A DNA stretch of 63,627 bases, counting the filler, from Choristocarpus tenellus KU-1152 (lineage: Eukaryota; Protista; Phaeophyceae), in the NCBI GenBank assembly GCA_964200185.2. It is 8 parts of 8 records of this genome, joined end to end, with 100 filler letters (N's around TTAATTAATTAA, not from the genome) between each part and the next. Parts side by side here need not be neighbours in the genome. Positions count along the whole stretch, not along the records: positions 34,941 to 41,387 come from CAXNAD020008125.1; positions 41,488 to 55,999 come from CAXNAD020001171.1; 6 more parts are not named here. One strand, given 5' to 3'. Both the position numbers and the translations under genes were made by a program. The notes under the pieces were generated by a model. That model had not been told where the DNA came from. It ran no database searches and saw nothing but the letters and a program-made list of their open reading frames with translations. Of this stretch, positions 39,398-52,882 are shown piece after piece. Within the stretch, counting starts at the first letter, position 1. Each line of letters opens with the position of its first letter.

Positions 39398-41387
39398 ACC
39401 TCCTAACTCAGACCCCACGACTTTAGCCTCAGTCGCCGCTGGAGATTCGCCTTCGTCCTCCTCCTCCCCCAACAAGGTCGATAATACTCCCAGTAATCCC
39501 CGATTTCTCCTGTTCCTCCCACAATCGGTCGCATAGCTTCTGCAGGCAGTTCGTCTCCTGCTCCCCAGACCCCAACTTTCCTCTGGGAACAAGACTGGGA
39601 AGCAAGAAAAGTGTTGGATGTGTGTGTGTTAAGATGTTCCCCATTGATCATTGTGATTATGGATTTCAGGTGTGTCATCTGCGAAATTGAAGTGCAATTA
39701 CAACAGGAGCTCAAGCAACATCTACCGTCGTACTCCTGTCAGCTAGAAGGAGATGTACACGTTGGTGACAATCTTCTGCGCCTTAGTCCACCTGGACCAT
39801 ATCGAAGTGTTCGAACATAGGAATGTCTTCGGAATGGTCTTCTTCCCGGTTCCCAATATTGCCTGTGCCAATACTTCCTTCGTGAGAGTCCGGGGGGGGG
39901 TCAAGTCTGGGGCTTCCTCTCTCCTAAACTCTTCAAGAATCCAGGGACCTCCACATCCATGTATGTTTGCATTGTCAAGGCATGTTTCACATTCCATGAA
40001 ACTGTGCTTTCGCATTCCTTCATGGACCTTGCCGTATAGGCAATGGGAACGGCTTCAAATGAACGGCAGTCATCTTTGAACCACGTGTATTCTTCAGTCT
40101 TCTGAATACCCATGGCACTGCAGCATTCAACTCGAAGCCTATGCCCGTAACCACATCCTCAAAAGCCACGATTCAGTGTTCCAAGAATTTTGTATCGGTA
40201 TTGACTCTCCAGCGTTAGACGTTATGGTGGAGTGGTGTGATGGTGATACTGGGAGGTCTTGTACAATGCATGACGTGGGTATAAACAAAATGAAATTCTG
40301 TAGTACAACTCACAAAAACCATAGTTGTTCACCTCTCGTTTTATGGTTCAGAGTTTCAGTGAAAAGTAAAACGAAACGGACAAAAAAAAACGTGCGTATA
40401 GGAGTTGGTCTAAAAGGACTATCGTGGACCAGGCAAGGGTTCGATCCTTTTAAGAAAACCTGAGTGTTTCGTAATAAAAGGATTTGTTAGTGCTGGTCTT
40501 AGGAAATTTCGGTGCCTAATCATCTAGATAGAACCTTCCACAACACGATTGACATACGTCAGGAGGGTAAAGAAGAGGTGAAGGCTTTTGGAAGCGGGAT
40601 GATTGAGTCCATTGAAGCTTTTGTCCGTGAGTTGAGAGTTAACCCCCAAGGCAGGTCTGACCTTTGAAGTGATAGTACATGTGACCGGACTTAAACCCTT
40701 TTTTTCACCAGATTCCACAGATAGGGAAGATATTTATTTTTAACTACCAAGATGGTGGAAGCGACGCAGATAAATTCTTGACAACCATACCTTATCTATC
40801 AGACGACTTGGGGCTCGTGGGGTAGAAAGGTAGCTCTTATCCGGAGACACAAACACAGGTTGGTCTATCTGTGAGAGTCCTGCGTATCATTCAAAGTATT
40901 ATTCAACATATATAATATTATTATACAAACACAAACAAATGTGCATACAACAAAAAAATCAAAGGCCAACTTTCCTGGTAGTCCAAGCACCTTGGAGACA
41001 AGTTGTTGTACCAGAGGTGACAGTAAGAGATAATGAGTTTTCAATCACTCTTGACACTATCCCCACAACACTCCACAATAGAGATGACTTGATGTACCAA
41101 ACCTGTGGTGATACTGAGCTTTATCCACAGGGGCACGTAGGAGACAGGCAGGTCCACGCCATTTTTCTCTCTGCGCTTTCCCCCAGTTAACACAGGTTTT
41201 CTCTTGGACTAGAGTGCGACCTAGACCTGATCACCACTACTGCTCCGTCTCTTCATTTCTTTTTCTTTTCCCTAAGTTGATTAGACCAGGATGTTTTTCA
41301 TTTTATTTTCCTCTCAAAGGTGAACCTGTTCGATATGAATTAGTGGCCACTTTTGTGTTCGTATCGGATGGAATCCACGCTGGGGGG

Positions 41388-41487
41388 NNNNNNNNNNNNN
41401 NNNNNNNNNNNNNNNNNNNNNNNNNNNNNNNTTAATTAATTAANNNNNNNNNNNNNNNNNNNNNNNNNNNNNNNNNNNNNNNNNNNN
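41388..41487. other. Artificial contig spacer
   Basis: 44 N + TTAATTAATTAA + 44 N. Confidence 0.99.
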
Positions 41488-41511
41488 GTGGTAACTTGTG
41501 TGAGTTGAAAG

Positions 41512-41750
41512 GTGGGGGGGGATGGCTGGCAAGCATTGAGGAAGGGCATTCGCACTGGTTGGTCATCAAATGTGGGGGATGACTGGCAAGCAGTGACGAA
41601 GGGCATTTGCACTGGTTGGTCATCAAATGGGGGGGGATGGCTGGCAATCGGTGACGAAGGGCATTCGCACGGGTTGGTCATCAATAAATGTGGGTATGGC
41701 TGGCAATCAATGACGAAGGGCATTCACACTGGTTGGTCATCAAATGGGGG
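41512..41750. repeat. ~59-bp minisatellite, 4 units
   Basis: GGGATGGCTGGCAA...TGACGAAGGGCATTCGCACTGGTTGGTCATCAAATG repeated. Confidence 0.95.
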
Positions 41751-42106
41751 AAAATAGAAAACCAGGAGAGGAATGGAGAATAGAGGAATGGCAAACAAGG
41801 AATAAAGTGATAATCACAACAATCCAGAATTCGTGAGCAAAACAAACTAAATATTGTTTTGAATAGTAAAAAAATAGTTTGAAGTTTTTAGGTTTTTTTA
41901 AACACTACAACTGATATCGATAGTTCCGATGTATCGATCACATCGTCTTGTCTTGACCGTTTCTATTCTTTTCCAACTATTGTACCCTTCATTAGGAGTT
42001 GATGAAGTTTTAACCTAAGTTGCTCAACACATATTTTCAAGTATTGAGTTCAGCGAGTGACAGAAAACCTGTGGGCGACGGAGAAGAAGAGTGAGAGAAG
42101 GAAGTT

Positions 42107-43209
42107 ATGGACAGGGGGAGACGTGCTATTCCGGTTGCAAACAAGGCGTGCCATGAGCGATACGTGCAAAAGTGTCAAGATCATCATAGACAAAAGCTGG
42201 CAACAATGAAATCAACGATTGACAACCAGCCGCCTTCCAGCATGCGAAAAACGCACGTCAAGAATAACGCAAAAAAGCAGCAAATAATGGTTAGGATTTG
42301 GAGGGAACTCAGGAATAAGACCCAGGAGTTGAACGCAGAGCTAGCTAGACTTTGCCGTTGATTGAGGATTCCTGGCTTAATGTGTTGACATTCTCTGTTG
42401 CTTCATTGCAGACATGACTCCAAGGATACCTGGAGTATGAGTATATGCGTCCGCACAGGTATCTTCTAACTTCTAAATCTGACTGCACTAACCCTTTCCT
42501 TCTGCCACTCTATGTCAGGAGGACCGGTATGCACAAATCGAACGAGACAACCGCCTTCTCCTGGAGAAGATGTCCCATATCATGCGTAAAGGAGGTGTTG
42601 ATAACCAAAATCACACTTTGAAGTACGCGAAGTCACTCAACAGGGAGGCACGCAAAAGGGAACTGCACAAAATTACACGAGAGAACCAGGTGTGTTATAT
42701 CATGACCCATCCTTGTTTGCAAAAGAAGCACCCCAATACATCAAGTGAGATGTTTGAACATGCATGACTTGGTATCCTCGGCAGAGTGATGTGCTGCCAT
42801 CAATTTGGTTTGGTACATTCACTGCTACTCTATCCTTACATTACCATTTATCTCCTTAATGTCCTTACAGTTTACAAGATTGACCTCACTCACTGCCTGT
42901 CTTACGTATACCAATCAGCGAATTCTCTTGGCAATTCAACGATCAGAGCCGTTCTATGACCATGTGAAGTGGGCAGAGGAGGCCCAGCAGAACACTCTCT
43001 ACATGCGCAACATATGTCAACTGCCACAAGCTCTTCATCCTCAAGATGCTATCCTCGAGCAGGTAAGATAACTGAAGTGATTGTCAAGAGTCTAGCCCAG
43101 TTGTACTTCATATCTGAAAAGTCACAGCCATTCAAATTGATACGAAATTTGGCAGTCTATTCTACCTGGAGAACTGGATGGTGTAGCAGCCTATCTGGAG
43201 AAGGGCTGA
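42107..43209 (+). CDS. CFAP97 / Hemingway family cilia-associated protein
   Basis: Exons 42107-42289, 42519-42689, 42919-43062 and probably 43156-43209. HRQKLATMKSTIDNQPP, NAKKQQIM|EDRYAQIERDNRLLLEKM and SLNREARKRELHKITRENQ|RILLAI are characteristic of CFAP97D1/2-type proteins. Confidence 0.88.
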
Positions 43210-43395
43210 AGGAGGAAACCTACAAACACGGAATTGGTGGGCTTGTGAATGAGGTTTGCTTGGTAAACCTACAAAACTGAGGCAAATCAGTGTTCCCTGC
43301 ATGGAGCCTGTGCAAGCTGTCCCTTTAATAATTTTCGAAAGCATTCAATCATCCTGCGGTGTCAAGACCAACCAGAATACCCTTGTAGCACACCT

Positions 43396-46300
43396 TCACG
43401 GCACAAAAGCATGCATACCCACAGAACACATTGTGCCTCGAGGAAACTCAACCTTGCACTTCCCTGCTTTGCCAAACGGCCCTATGACATATCCCTGCTC
43501 TCCCAATGCTGTCAACACTTGCATTCCATCTTTGATTAGCTCACGGATGTCTTCTTCCTGTGAAAAGAGCCCTGCCACTATAGCAATAGAGTGCCCACCA
43601 TCTTGTTGAGCTTCACCCTTTAGGCTGTCAATGCAACCCTCGCGTAGTTTTAGGATTGGAGGCGACAGACAAAGTTCTTCCTTTACATTAGCACTTGGTG
43701 CTTTCAGGCAAGGAGTTTGGTTGGCAGGGTGTTCTGGCTGCGCATTCAAGCGTTTCTGTAGGTGTTCCTGGTTCATGGACCTTGAGGGGTCATTAAGATA
43801 CCTCCTAAACTTCAGCAGCAGCTTCTCACCCACCTGCACAGAGGAAAGGGGAATAACTCAGCATCACTAGAATGTGGTGTCAAGGAGTGTCAAGGGTTAG
43901 TCCTATCATGTACTGTCCGTAAGAAGTCAGTCCAGAAGTGTCTAGTTTCTTTCCTCACTGTGCCTTACTAGCTGCACTCATACATACACCCCTGTCCCTC
44001 TGAACTACCTCACCTTAGCATTTGTTCCTTTAGGAAAATTAACCTTGAACTTTCCTGCATGCCCAAAAGAGCTCACCAAACGGCCAAGGTTGCCTGCCTG
44101 AATTCAGGGTGTAACAATCTTGATATATTATGTTAAATGGAGTGAAAGAACACTTTGCAGAAACTGCTTGATACTGTGGTCCTCACTTACCTCAGTCTGA
44201 ATTATCATCCCAATGAAGGAAGACATATTAGTTTCCCTTTTGAACAGGTCCTTTCCAAGTACCATTGTCACCCTTCCAGGAGTTTTCCTGCCCTCTGTTC
44301 TACTGTCCCCCAACCGAAATATGATTCCTGACTTTTCCTTCTCAGTGTAGACCTTCAAACGCCTTTCCTTCCCAAACGCATGACCTGGAACCCCATTGCT
44401 GCCAGCATCATATTTTGTTGACCCCTTTACCAAGCGGCCGTGAAAAGCAATACGGCAGTTTGTCGACTCAGTTTCCACACCTCCACCAAGAATTCTATCC
44501 TCATAGAGAGCATAGTTGGCTTTCACAGCAAGACCCAGGGAATCGAGCCTGCTTCCAATTAGGATACTATTTGGAGGACACATCACTGGCTTTTGGAATG
44601 TCAGCAGGCAATACTGCAGAGGACACTTGTCAACTTCAAGGACTTGACTAGGCTGGGAAACACTACCTTGATGCTGAAGACGCATGTCATTTTCCCCCAA
44701 AAGTTCCAGCTGTTGGGCGAATTCTGCATCCCATGGGAAGTTACGGTTGGATAGTTCTTGTAATGATATTGGTGAAGAAGGTGATTCCTCCCTTCCATAC
44801 TTACCACCCACACTCCCCTTCTCCATCTCCCCAACCAAGGCTGACCAGCCCTGTGCAATCTCTCTTGCACCAAAAAACGTCGCAGATGCCCTTACTGTTG
44901 AATGACCCAATGTAACATGACAGTATGCACCACTTTGACAGCGGCCTTTGTAAACAGGAACCTTCAATGACAAACAAACAACAGAACAGCACAACAAATT
45001 CCAAGCTGGTTCTTGTTATGTATTCAAAATGAAGTGCTGGTCAGAAGAGAAGAGAAAATGTGCTGGAGTGCTTAGTATGCCTCGACACCCAAGATCTCAG
45101 GTATTGTCAGCTCACCTTCTGGACAATTGCCAGCGCAGTTGTTGCAGGCTTGACAGCACCAGGGGTTGCCACAACGCCTCTCTCCAGTAGCTTGGAGTCA
45201 AGGCCTGCTATGCAGAGGCCAACACGATCTCCTAACCTATCTTGGACATTAAAATATGGCAAGACCATCATGATAAAGCAACTATTGGCAGTAAAACCAA
45301 AAGGAATGACATCCTATGACCAGAGAAGCAAAGAGGGTTGTATCATGTGTGTACATACATGAAGGAAGCCCTTGAGATGTGTAGTCATGAATAATAAACA
45401 TGATGCCCCAAAAAATTAGATTCTGATGTGACTCAGCAAGGGATACATCAGAAAGCAAAAAAAAAATAATTTGTCCTAAAAAACATTCAACTACTACAGG
45501 GATGTGTAACGATGTCTTCCACCCTATGCCTTGATCCAATATGTTGCTTACACAAATAATATCTTCTGAATTAATAATTTAAATACACCTGGAAGATTGA
45601 AATGTATCATTTTGACAAATTCTAGACCCTACTTCCATCAACATGGAACCCAATGAAAGGCAAGTGTCAGAAATGAACTCATGGTCATGCCTGCAGCTCC
45701 AACACTTGCTGTGTGCAAATCACCTGTTGCGTTGCACAAAAGATTACTCAAGTCAGCAAGACTGCCCTGCTCACCCTGGGTTTCAGTTAAAAAATAAAAA
45801 TTAATGACAAGAAAGCCTTCACTGTGATCAAATAGAAGGTGTTACAAATGAAAACTTTTGACAGATCCCACCATGGTGTGGAAAACTCTCCTCTCCCATG
45901 CTCACCTCGCTTTGGTAACAGGTCGACGAAACATTTGCATTGACTTAACTTTCTTCTGAGTGCACAGAGTTGGAAACTCCACCATTTGGTTCACCTGATG
46001 GAGATTCAGCAATGAGAGAAAGAACATGAGCGTTATCTGAGTATTGGCTAGGTCAACAGAGGAAATGCTCAAGGTCACCCCCTAAAGTTCAAACATACCT
46101 TTACTTCTCCACCAAGTACTGTGCCTGTGAGCACTGTACCCTTTCCTTGAATAGAGAAACAGTGGTCAAATGCAAAGTAGAATGGAGTAGATCTGTTTCC
46201 ATTGGGAAATTTAGCCCGGGACTTGAGTGCCTCAACCACTCCCTCAATGGTTGAAGCAGTGCCTTCAGCCTCCCCTTTACTAGATTCTTTTGTGCCTAGA

Positions 46301-49300
46301 GCATCAATTGCTTCATCAGAAAGTCCACTCCTTGACACTGAAGATGCTGCCCTCCCATCAGACATGGCAGCAGAGCAACTGACAATGGAAGCACCACAGA
46401 GCCTCCTCATGTCACACACACCAGGAATTGCATCATGAGGGAATCATGTCAACAGATAATTTCCTCATACATATTCTTTGCACATTAACCCTAATTATTC
46501 ATGGTTCAATTCCAACAATATAGTCGAGTGTGTTTCAACTTTCAGCACACATCTCCCGGGACAATGACCTGTACATACATCCATAAAGCATGACCAAATC
46601 ACCTGTGAACCAGAGGTGACCTGCTTTAGTGTACTTGTGTACACCAAGCACCAAATCCCTCATGCCACCCTTCCTCAGAAATGTAACTGACACATCACTG
46701 AAGAGGCAGTGCATGCTTTAGGTGCAATCTAACATATACTAAGCATTTCAGAACTTTAACACTGGCATCATCTCTCGTTTATCACTTTTGTTGGGTAACA
46801 TTCAGGCTCCATGGACAGTCCATCCACCTTCCAACCCATGACAATTATATCACAGGGACTTGTCGAATGAGGTTTTTGAAAATGTCAACTGCTTAGAATT
46901 GCAGATAATACCCTTCTAACCAAATTACAGTGGAACCATGCAACACTCAACTGAACCAAGTGTGCTTTAACACATGTAGTCACCAGCCTGGCATAGAAGT
47001 AATAATAATTACTGTTATTATTATTATTATTACAGTACTTCTCTATAAAATGGTAATATGACCTCTGGACACACAACAGCTTTGCTTGCACACATCTGGG
47101 CATTTTTAGAATTGATAGCTGCATTGAATAGCCATTACCATGAGTTCAGATTGAGATCTAGGAACTGGTTTATCTGTGCAACTCAAATAGTCACCATCCA
47201 AGGTTACCTGGGTGATCTGTGTCCAAAATAAGGCAGAATTTTGTGTATGTGGCATAGCAGCTCAAGCATTGAACTGGTATGTCGGTCATGTGTGCTTCTT
47301 AAGCTTAAACTGAAACCCTTTAAAAGGGAACTTACTTTGTGCCTCTAAGAAATTCCTTGATATCATCCACGGCATGCTTCAGCCTCTCTGCCCTGTCCTC
47401 CTCAGGAAAAAGATCAACCTGCAGTAAAATCAGCACGGACGCATTGTACTTGTGTGTGTACTGCTTAGGTGGTAGTACTCCACACCATGCACTACTTGGA
47501 AGTACCCCTACTGTAATAAACAGATGTGATTAAGTACGTGTTGTGTTCCAATGTCTGTATTGTAATAACCCAATGAAGTGCGGCGTAGATCAATGCAAGT
47601 GGTTAACCACACACTTCTGTGAAACCTCTTGAATTGTATAAACCTCTTGTATTGTATTGCCTTCACATGTTTGATGGCTTTCGCACCTTGAGCAATACCA
47701 CAAATAACATTCAAAGTTGGATCATCTTCTCCAACTAAGTGTAATTAGCATAGACACTAAAGCTCTGATAACTACCTTACTATTATCCATAGTAATAATA
47801 ATAACGTAGTACACTACCATTAATTATATATTTATTATCTTCAGGCATGAGCATTTATGGTGCAGGGACTCCAGGAACAGTGTCAACACATCAGCATGGC
47901 TTGTCTCACCTTATTCAGCACAACAATTACATCAGCACCATCATCCATGACTGCTTCACCAATAACCACACACTCCAAGGTTTGTGCTTGGATTCCTTTA
48001 GTGGCATCTACCACAAGTATCATCATATCCATTATTTGTGCACCCCCTATTATGGTGCGAATGAGTGATGAATGACCAGGGCAATCCACCTGAGGAGTGG
48101 AGTGGAAACATAGAGTACGGTACAGGGAAGTAAGTATAGAGATAGTGAATGTCAACCATACGGCATGACTGTGAAAGAAGCAACTGGAGACAGTATGGTG
48201 TATGAGGCACATATCATTGGTATACATGAAATTATCGGTACTGACATATTGACCAGTCGACCACCTGATTTGTAGTTGGTGGCAATATCCTGTTGGTGTT
48301 CAAAATTGGTGGGCTTGGCTACATTTATTTTCCCTTGCAGATGTAGCTTAGGCTTAGGACTTTAGCTTGACAGGGCAGAAATAGAGATGTACCTTTCATC
48401 AGCCTCATATCAGAGCAAAGTCAGTTCTCAGGCCTGTTCCCATAACTCATCACAATATTCTTCATGCAATGTGCAAGTGTTCAGGTTCTGCCTGGTTAAG
48501 GGACAATGAGAACCATCAGAGTGGCCAAAGCGTGAGCAAGGAGGGTTGCAGCAGCCTGAGGATAGGTAATGACCCACTGTACAATGGATGGTACAGTATA
48601 TGATACGCACACACTCCTGCTACATGGTGGGCAAGGATCAAGACCAAGGATGTATAAAAAGAATTGGCATAACAAAATCCCTGATACTTGGCACTTGAAT
48701 ACATTGAGTGTATCCTGGTCACCACAATCCAGCACCTGACATGCATCTTATCACCTTGAACAGCCACAGCAGGAAATACATGTGTGCACAATTCACCCAC
48801 CCAATCTAAACAATGCCAGAGAGATCCTAAACGGGACCTGCTCCCGACTAAAATATCGAACCAAGAACACAACAAAAATCGCTACACCCCCAACAGAGTG
48901 ACACAATTGCAATTCACTGCCTGGTATCAAAGACAATCGTCGAATTTAGAGGCCCGGTATCATATATAATTATATTGTGTTCTAAAGATCCCATTTCTAC
49001 TGGTAATGGTCTTGTGTCCACCTACTAACCAGTGCGATATGACGTGGACCTTCTTGGTCTCAAACTCTTGCACTGGCTCTGCAATGGACTCTGGGTTCAA
49101 TGTCTACTACTGCCTCCTCCACAACTTTGTCTGTGTTATCCTTGATCAGATGTCTCCATTGCATACAGTCTTCAGCAAAATAACCCACATACCAATAGTG
49201 TCCTATACCACACACTGTCCTCTATGCTAAGTCAGTTAGGGTTAGGGAAGAGGTCTGATGCACAACCCCGAAAGATGCGCACCTAGCAATAGCTGGCACT

Positions 49301-52300
49301 ATCATGCCACTTTCTATTCTTCAAACCAACCATAGGAACCTCAAGTCAGTTTGTACATTTACAAATGTGTTAAGAACTAGAGAAGCATGTCTGGACTGCT
49401 GCTGTGTACACTTGTGATTTCAATTTTTCTAGCATGACAAAATATTGGAAGACAAGTCACTTTTGTGTGAGACAAAAAGACCCCTGGTGGTGCTGCTTAT
49501 GATGTCTCTTGCCTTCACCTCATTCATGCATCGACACTTGATGAGCAGGTACAATCAAAAGTAACACAGAAGGACCTAAATAGTAGGAATGTAGGAACAT
49601 GGCCATCAAAACTTTAGCAATTCTTGCTCAAATCGGATATACAATGTATGAGGTAAAAACTGAGGACAAGGACCACCAGATAATATTAGCAGAATTGGTT
49701 TTTGATGGGTACCACATGGTGTGAAGCCATTACATTTATTTTTTAGATTGTTGGAATGGGGTGAAACTTACACATTCCCGGAAAAGCAGCCATACTTTTT
49801 CAGTTTTACATGTGCAAGCTGCCATATCATGATAAGGCACATGTGTGGGTATAGGTGGTGCTGTTGTGAGTGATACACAACTTGAGGACTACAGCTTTGC
49901 TGTTGGGGTAGCAGTGAAGTATCTTGGAGCATTTGGTGTACAAGGCTTGGAAAGGAAAAAGAAGAAACATATTCAGTGAATTTGCTAGTGGGACACACTA
50001 AAAAAAATTGTATCCCTGCATGTTACTGTGTGAGACCATCCTTCCAGGGTGTATTCATTTATGTTGGATCACTAAAGAATAGAAGTATTTAAGTGTTTTG
50101 TACTCTTGCAGGCTCATTATTTCTTTAAATCTCCACACAGGCTGTCATCTCTTCATCTACCTCTTCGCTCACATCCTCCTCCTGCTCTTCCCAGTTCTCT
50201 TGCACATCCTCCTCAATCTCTTACACTCAAGGAATGCCATCCTCAGTCACAGGGTGGGCAATGAGGTTCTTCCTCGGTTCGCTCTCTTCATCTTCCTCAG
50301 TTGTATTTAGTTTCAACTTATTTATCTATCTGGGCACGTTTGGCAGCTTCACTCAATGCCAGCAATCCAGCCCTTGTCTCCTCTTTTTTCACATTTAGTC
50401 CCTTACCCACGTTCTTTCTGAGTAGTAGCTTCCCTGTGATCCATCCTGTTGAAAACCCCAGTTGTGATACCCCCTGTGCAGGGTCACTTGAATCTCATGA
50501 ATGGCTTTGAACTATGTTTATCTGAGATCATGGGGCACAGTGTGCAGTTCCCAGCTACCACATGGAAGAATCCATAGCTTCATTGGACATCATCAGGTTG
50601 AGATTATTCCCAACCCAATAATCAATCTCCACATCAACCTCTCAAATTCTAGGTGCCACTGTGATACCACTAGGATTCCCCTATAGATAACAGGTATACC
50701 TGTAGAATGCGAAGGATGTGGTCTTTCCAATGCACCACTCGGCATCAGTAGATTGTGAACTCAGCTTGCCCTTCGCCATGATCTATCCTCTCTCAAATTC
50801 CTTAAAACCTCATTTGTGATACCATGGGCGGAATCACATATATATTATGAATGGCTTTGAATATTGAAAAATTCCCTTGATATTTGGATTTTGAGGTTCC
50901 ATGACACCGCATGCAAGAATTTATTGCTCCATTGGACATCATCAGGTCGAAATTGTTGCGTACTCAATTTTGACGTCCAAAAATCATCAGCTCAACTTCT
51001 GAGTGCATCTGTGCAACCATTGGGACTCCCATGAAGGAAAATATTATATCTATAGAACGCCAGGATCCTTACGTTTCCAATGCACAACTCAGCATCAGCA
51101 TATCATGAGGGCTTTGCAAGTGATGAAGAGAAGAGTGACACACAAAATTAAATCTTGCCTATTAAAATCGAAAACATGCCATGTAGAAACTGGGTTTTGT
51201 CGCCTACTTATTACTATTTCCTTGCGTAACTATTGAACTACATTACTTCAGTTGCATACATATCCAAAACAACTTTGTGAAAGATCATACAAACCATTGT
51301 CCAGCCGGTTGACATAATCTCCCTACAATACTGTGAGGTACTTGATAACTGCCTCAGCATTCCTAATCCTTCCAGGATGTTGTAGAACCCAAAAATGGGA
51401 TACTCGGTACTGCTTTATGCTTACTTCCCATCCAAATTTTCCTTGCATCAAAACAGGAACTGCGCTATGTCTTGACTGTTTCAATGTTTTCTAAATCACA
51501 CCCTTAAAAGCGTCGCATTCAATGCTTACGAAATATATGGAAGATTGATTGCACTATGTGCGCATAGCTAAGACAAGCGACATTCAGGCCATCACACTCA
51601 CCTCCTCCACTCCACGGGTGAAATAACAATGGCGCTGGGGGTTTCGGTTAATGCGAAGGAGCCGTACACATTTAGAGGTCTATTACAGTCCACCGTACAA
51701 GCGTACGGTGCACACTTGCGAATTGATGCTAACACCGACATGTAAATTTTTCCCGATAAAACAATTATGTCCAAAGGCAAAGCAAAAGATCAGCACTGAT
51801 ATCTCGGGCATTCTATGTTTGGTAGTGGGCAAGGCAAGGCATTCCCAGCAAAGGTACTTGCGCTCATCTATCTTCAGTAGCAACACTTCACATACAAGCC
51901 TGAAATTGCGAACAGTAGTAAGAAGAATCACTCAACACTCCAGCATTCTTACCAGTGTAAACTGTAGGTGATCGTAAATGTCGGAGACGAGATGGTGTGG
52001 CATGGGCACTATGAAGGAAGAAAAACCGAGGTCCAGAGTAATACCTCGTTGCTGAGACTGACAGATTTCAGTAGATGCAGCGCAATAGAAATGGTTGGGG
52101 GAGGATATTGAAATTGACTTCGGACGAGAGCTGGTGAACAAGATAAACAGAAGATAGTATTGTTGAACAGAGTTTTGATGTACCTGAGGATGCTTATCAA
52201 GAGCAGCAGTGGAGAGAACCGTTGAGAGGGCCTTGACGAGCGACGTCTTCCCGGAATCCACATGTCCAAGCACCCCCACATTGATATTCAAAACTCTACA

Positions 52301-52315
52301 AGGATCGAAGTTCAT
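43396..52315 (-). CDS. EEFSEC: Selenocysteine-specific translation elongation factor, complete, about 768 aa
   Basis: Ten phase-compatible exons: 52315-52184, 52057-51953, 48089-47910, 47418-47336, ~46402-46099, 45994-45906, 45236-45116, 44961-44191, 44097-44014, 43833-43396. Motifs NVGVLGHVDSGKTSL, DKHPQ|SQQRGITLDLGFS, VDCPGHSSLIRTIIGGAQI, VLNK|VD, DHCFSIQGKGTV, KSMQMF, LIGSRLD, CRIAFHG, LFKRETN and FGHAGKFKV. Confidence 0.96.
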
Positions 52316-52882
52316 GAGAGGGTACGATTAGGAATATCACAAAGTAAAACAACTTCTTGAAGTAGGACATCGAGGAGTTCCATAATCCTGCAAGGGATCT
52401 ATCTGTACAAGTCGAATTTGAATTGTGGATTGTGTTGAGAAAATAGTAATATGTGCCCTTCCTCTATGATCTCGTGATGGCCTCCTTGACGCAATGGAAT
52501 CGAATCATCTGCATTATGATCGTTTTCCTATCGATTGATGGGGCATATGCATTAAGATGGGCGGCGAAGTATCAAGATCTCAACTTGTCTCATGGATCAG
52601 ATGTAAGGGAAAGAATGCTTCTTTGGTGCTCCTCATACAATTTGTGGCTTGTTGGCGAATTTCGGACTTGAAGTGTTGGGAAAGGTTACCATACCGTACG
52701 ATTCTAAACTTGAAAATGATCGAAATTTTTGCTCACTTTGTTGTTCCTCGATGAATCTGCCAAGTCGTTCAGACTCGTTCGGCTTACTTCAATGATGGAG
52801 GTGTAGTTGCGGAAAACAAGTAATGCAACAATGGTGCTAGGGATTTTCTGCAAGTTTGGTGTAAGAGAAGATGGATTGAAGT

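Noticed and set aside
39660-39740. CVICEIEVQLQQELKQH as a C2H2 zinc finger
   Set aside because: The second His is missing, and it is isolated in decayed repeat DNA with no supporting gene structure.
43162-45004. Plus-strand ORFs antisense to eEFSec exons
   Set aside because: Shadow frames of real coding exons with no independent motifs.
52477-52602. Signal-peptide-like frame MASLTQWNRIICIMIVFLSIDGAYAL as first exon of the aldolase
   Set aside because: I could not find a phase-compatible donor/acceptor pair linking it to the aldolase exon; left unassigned pending cDNA.
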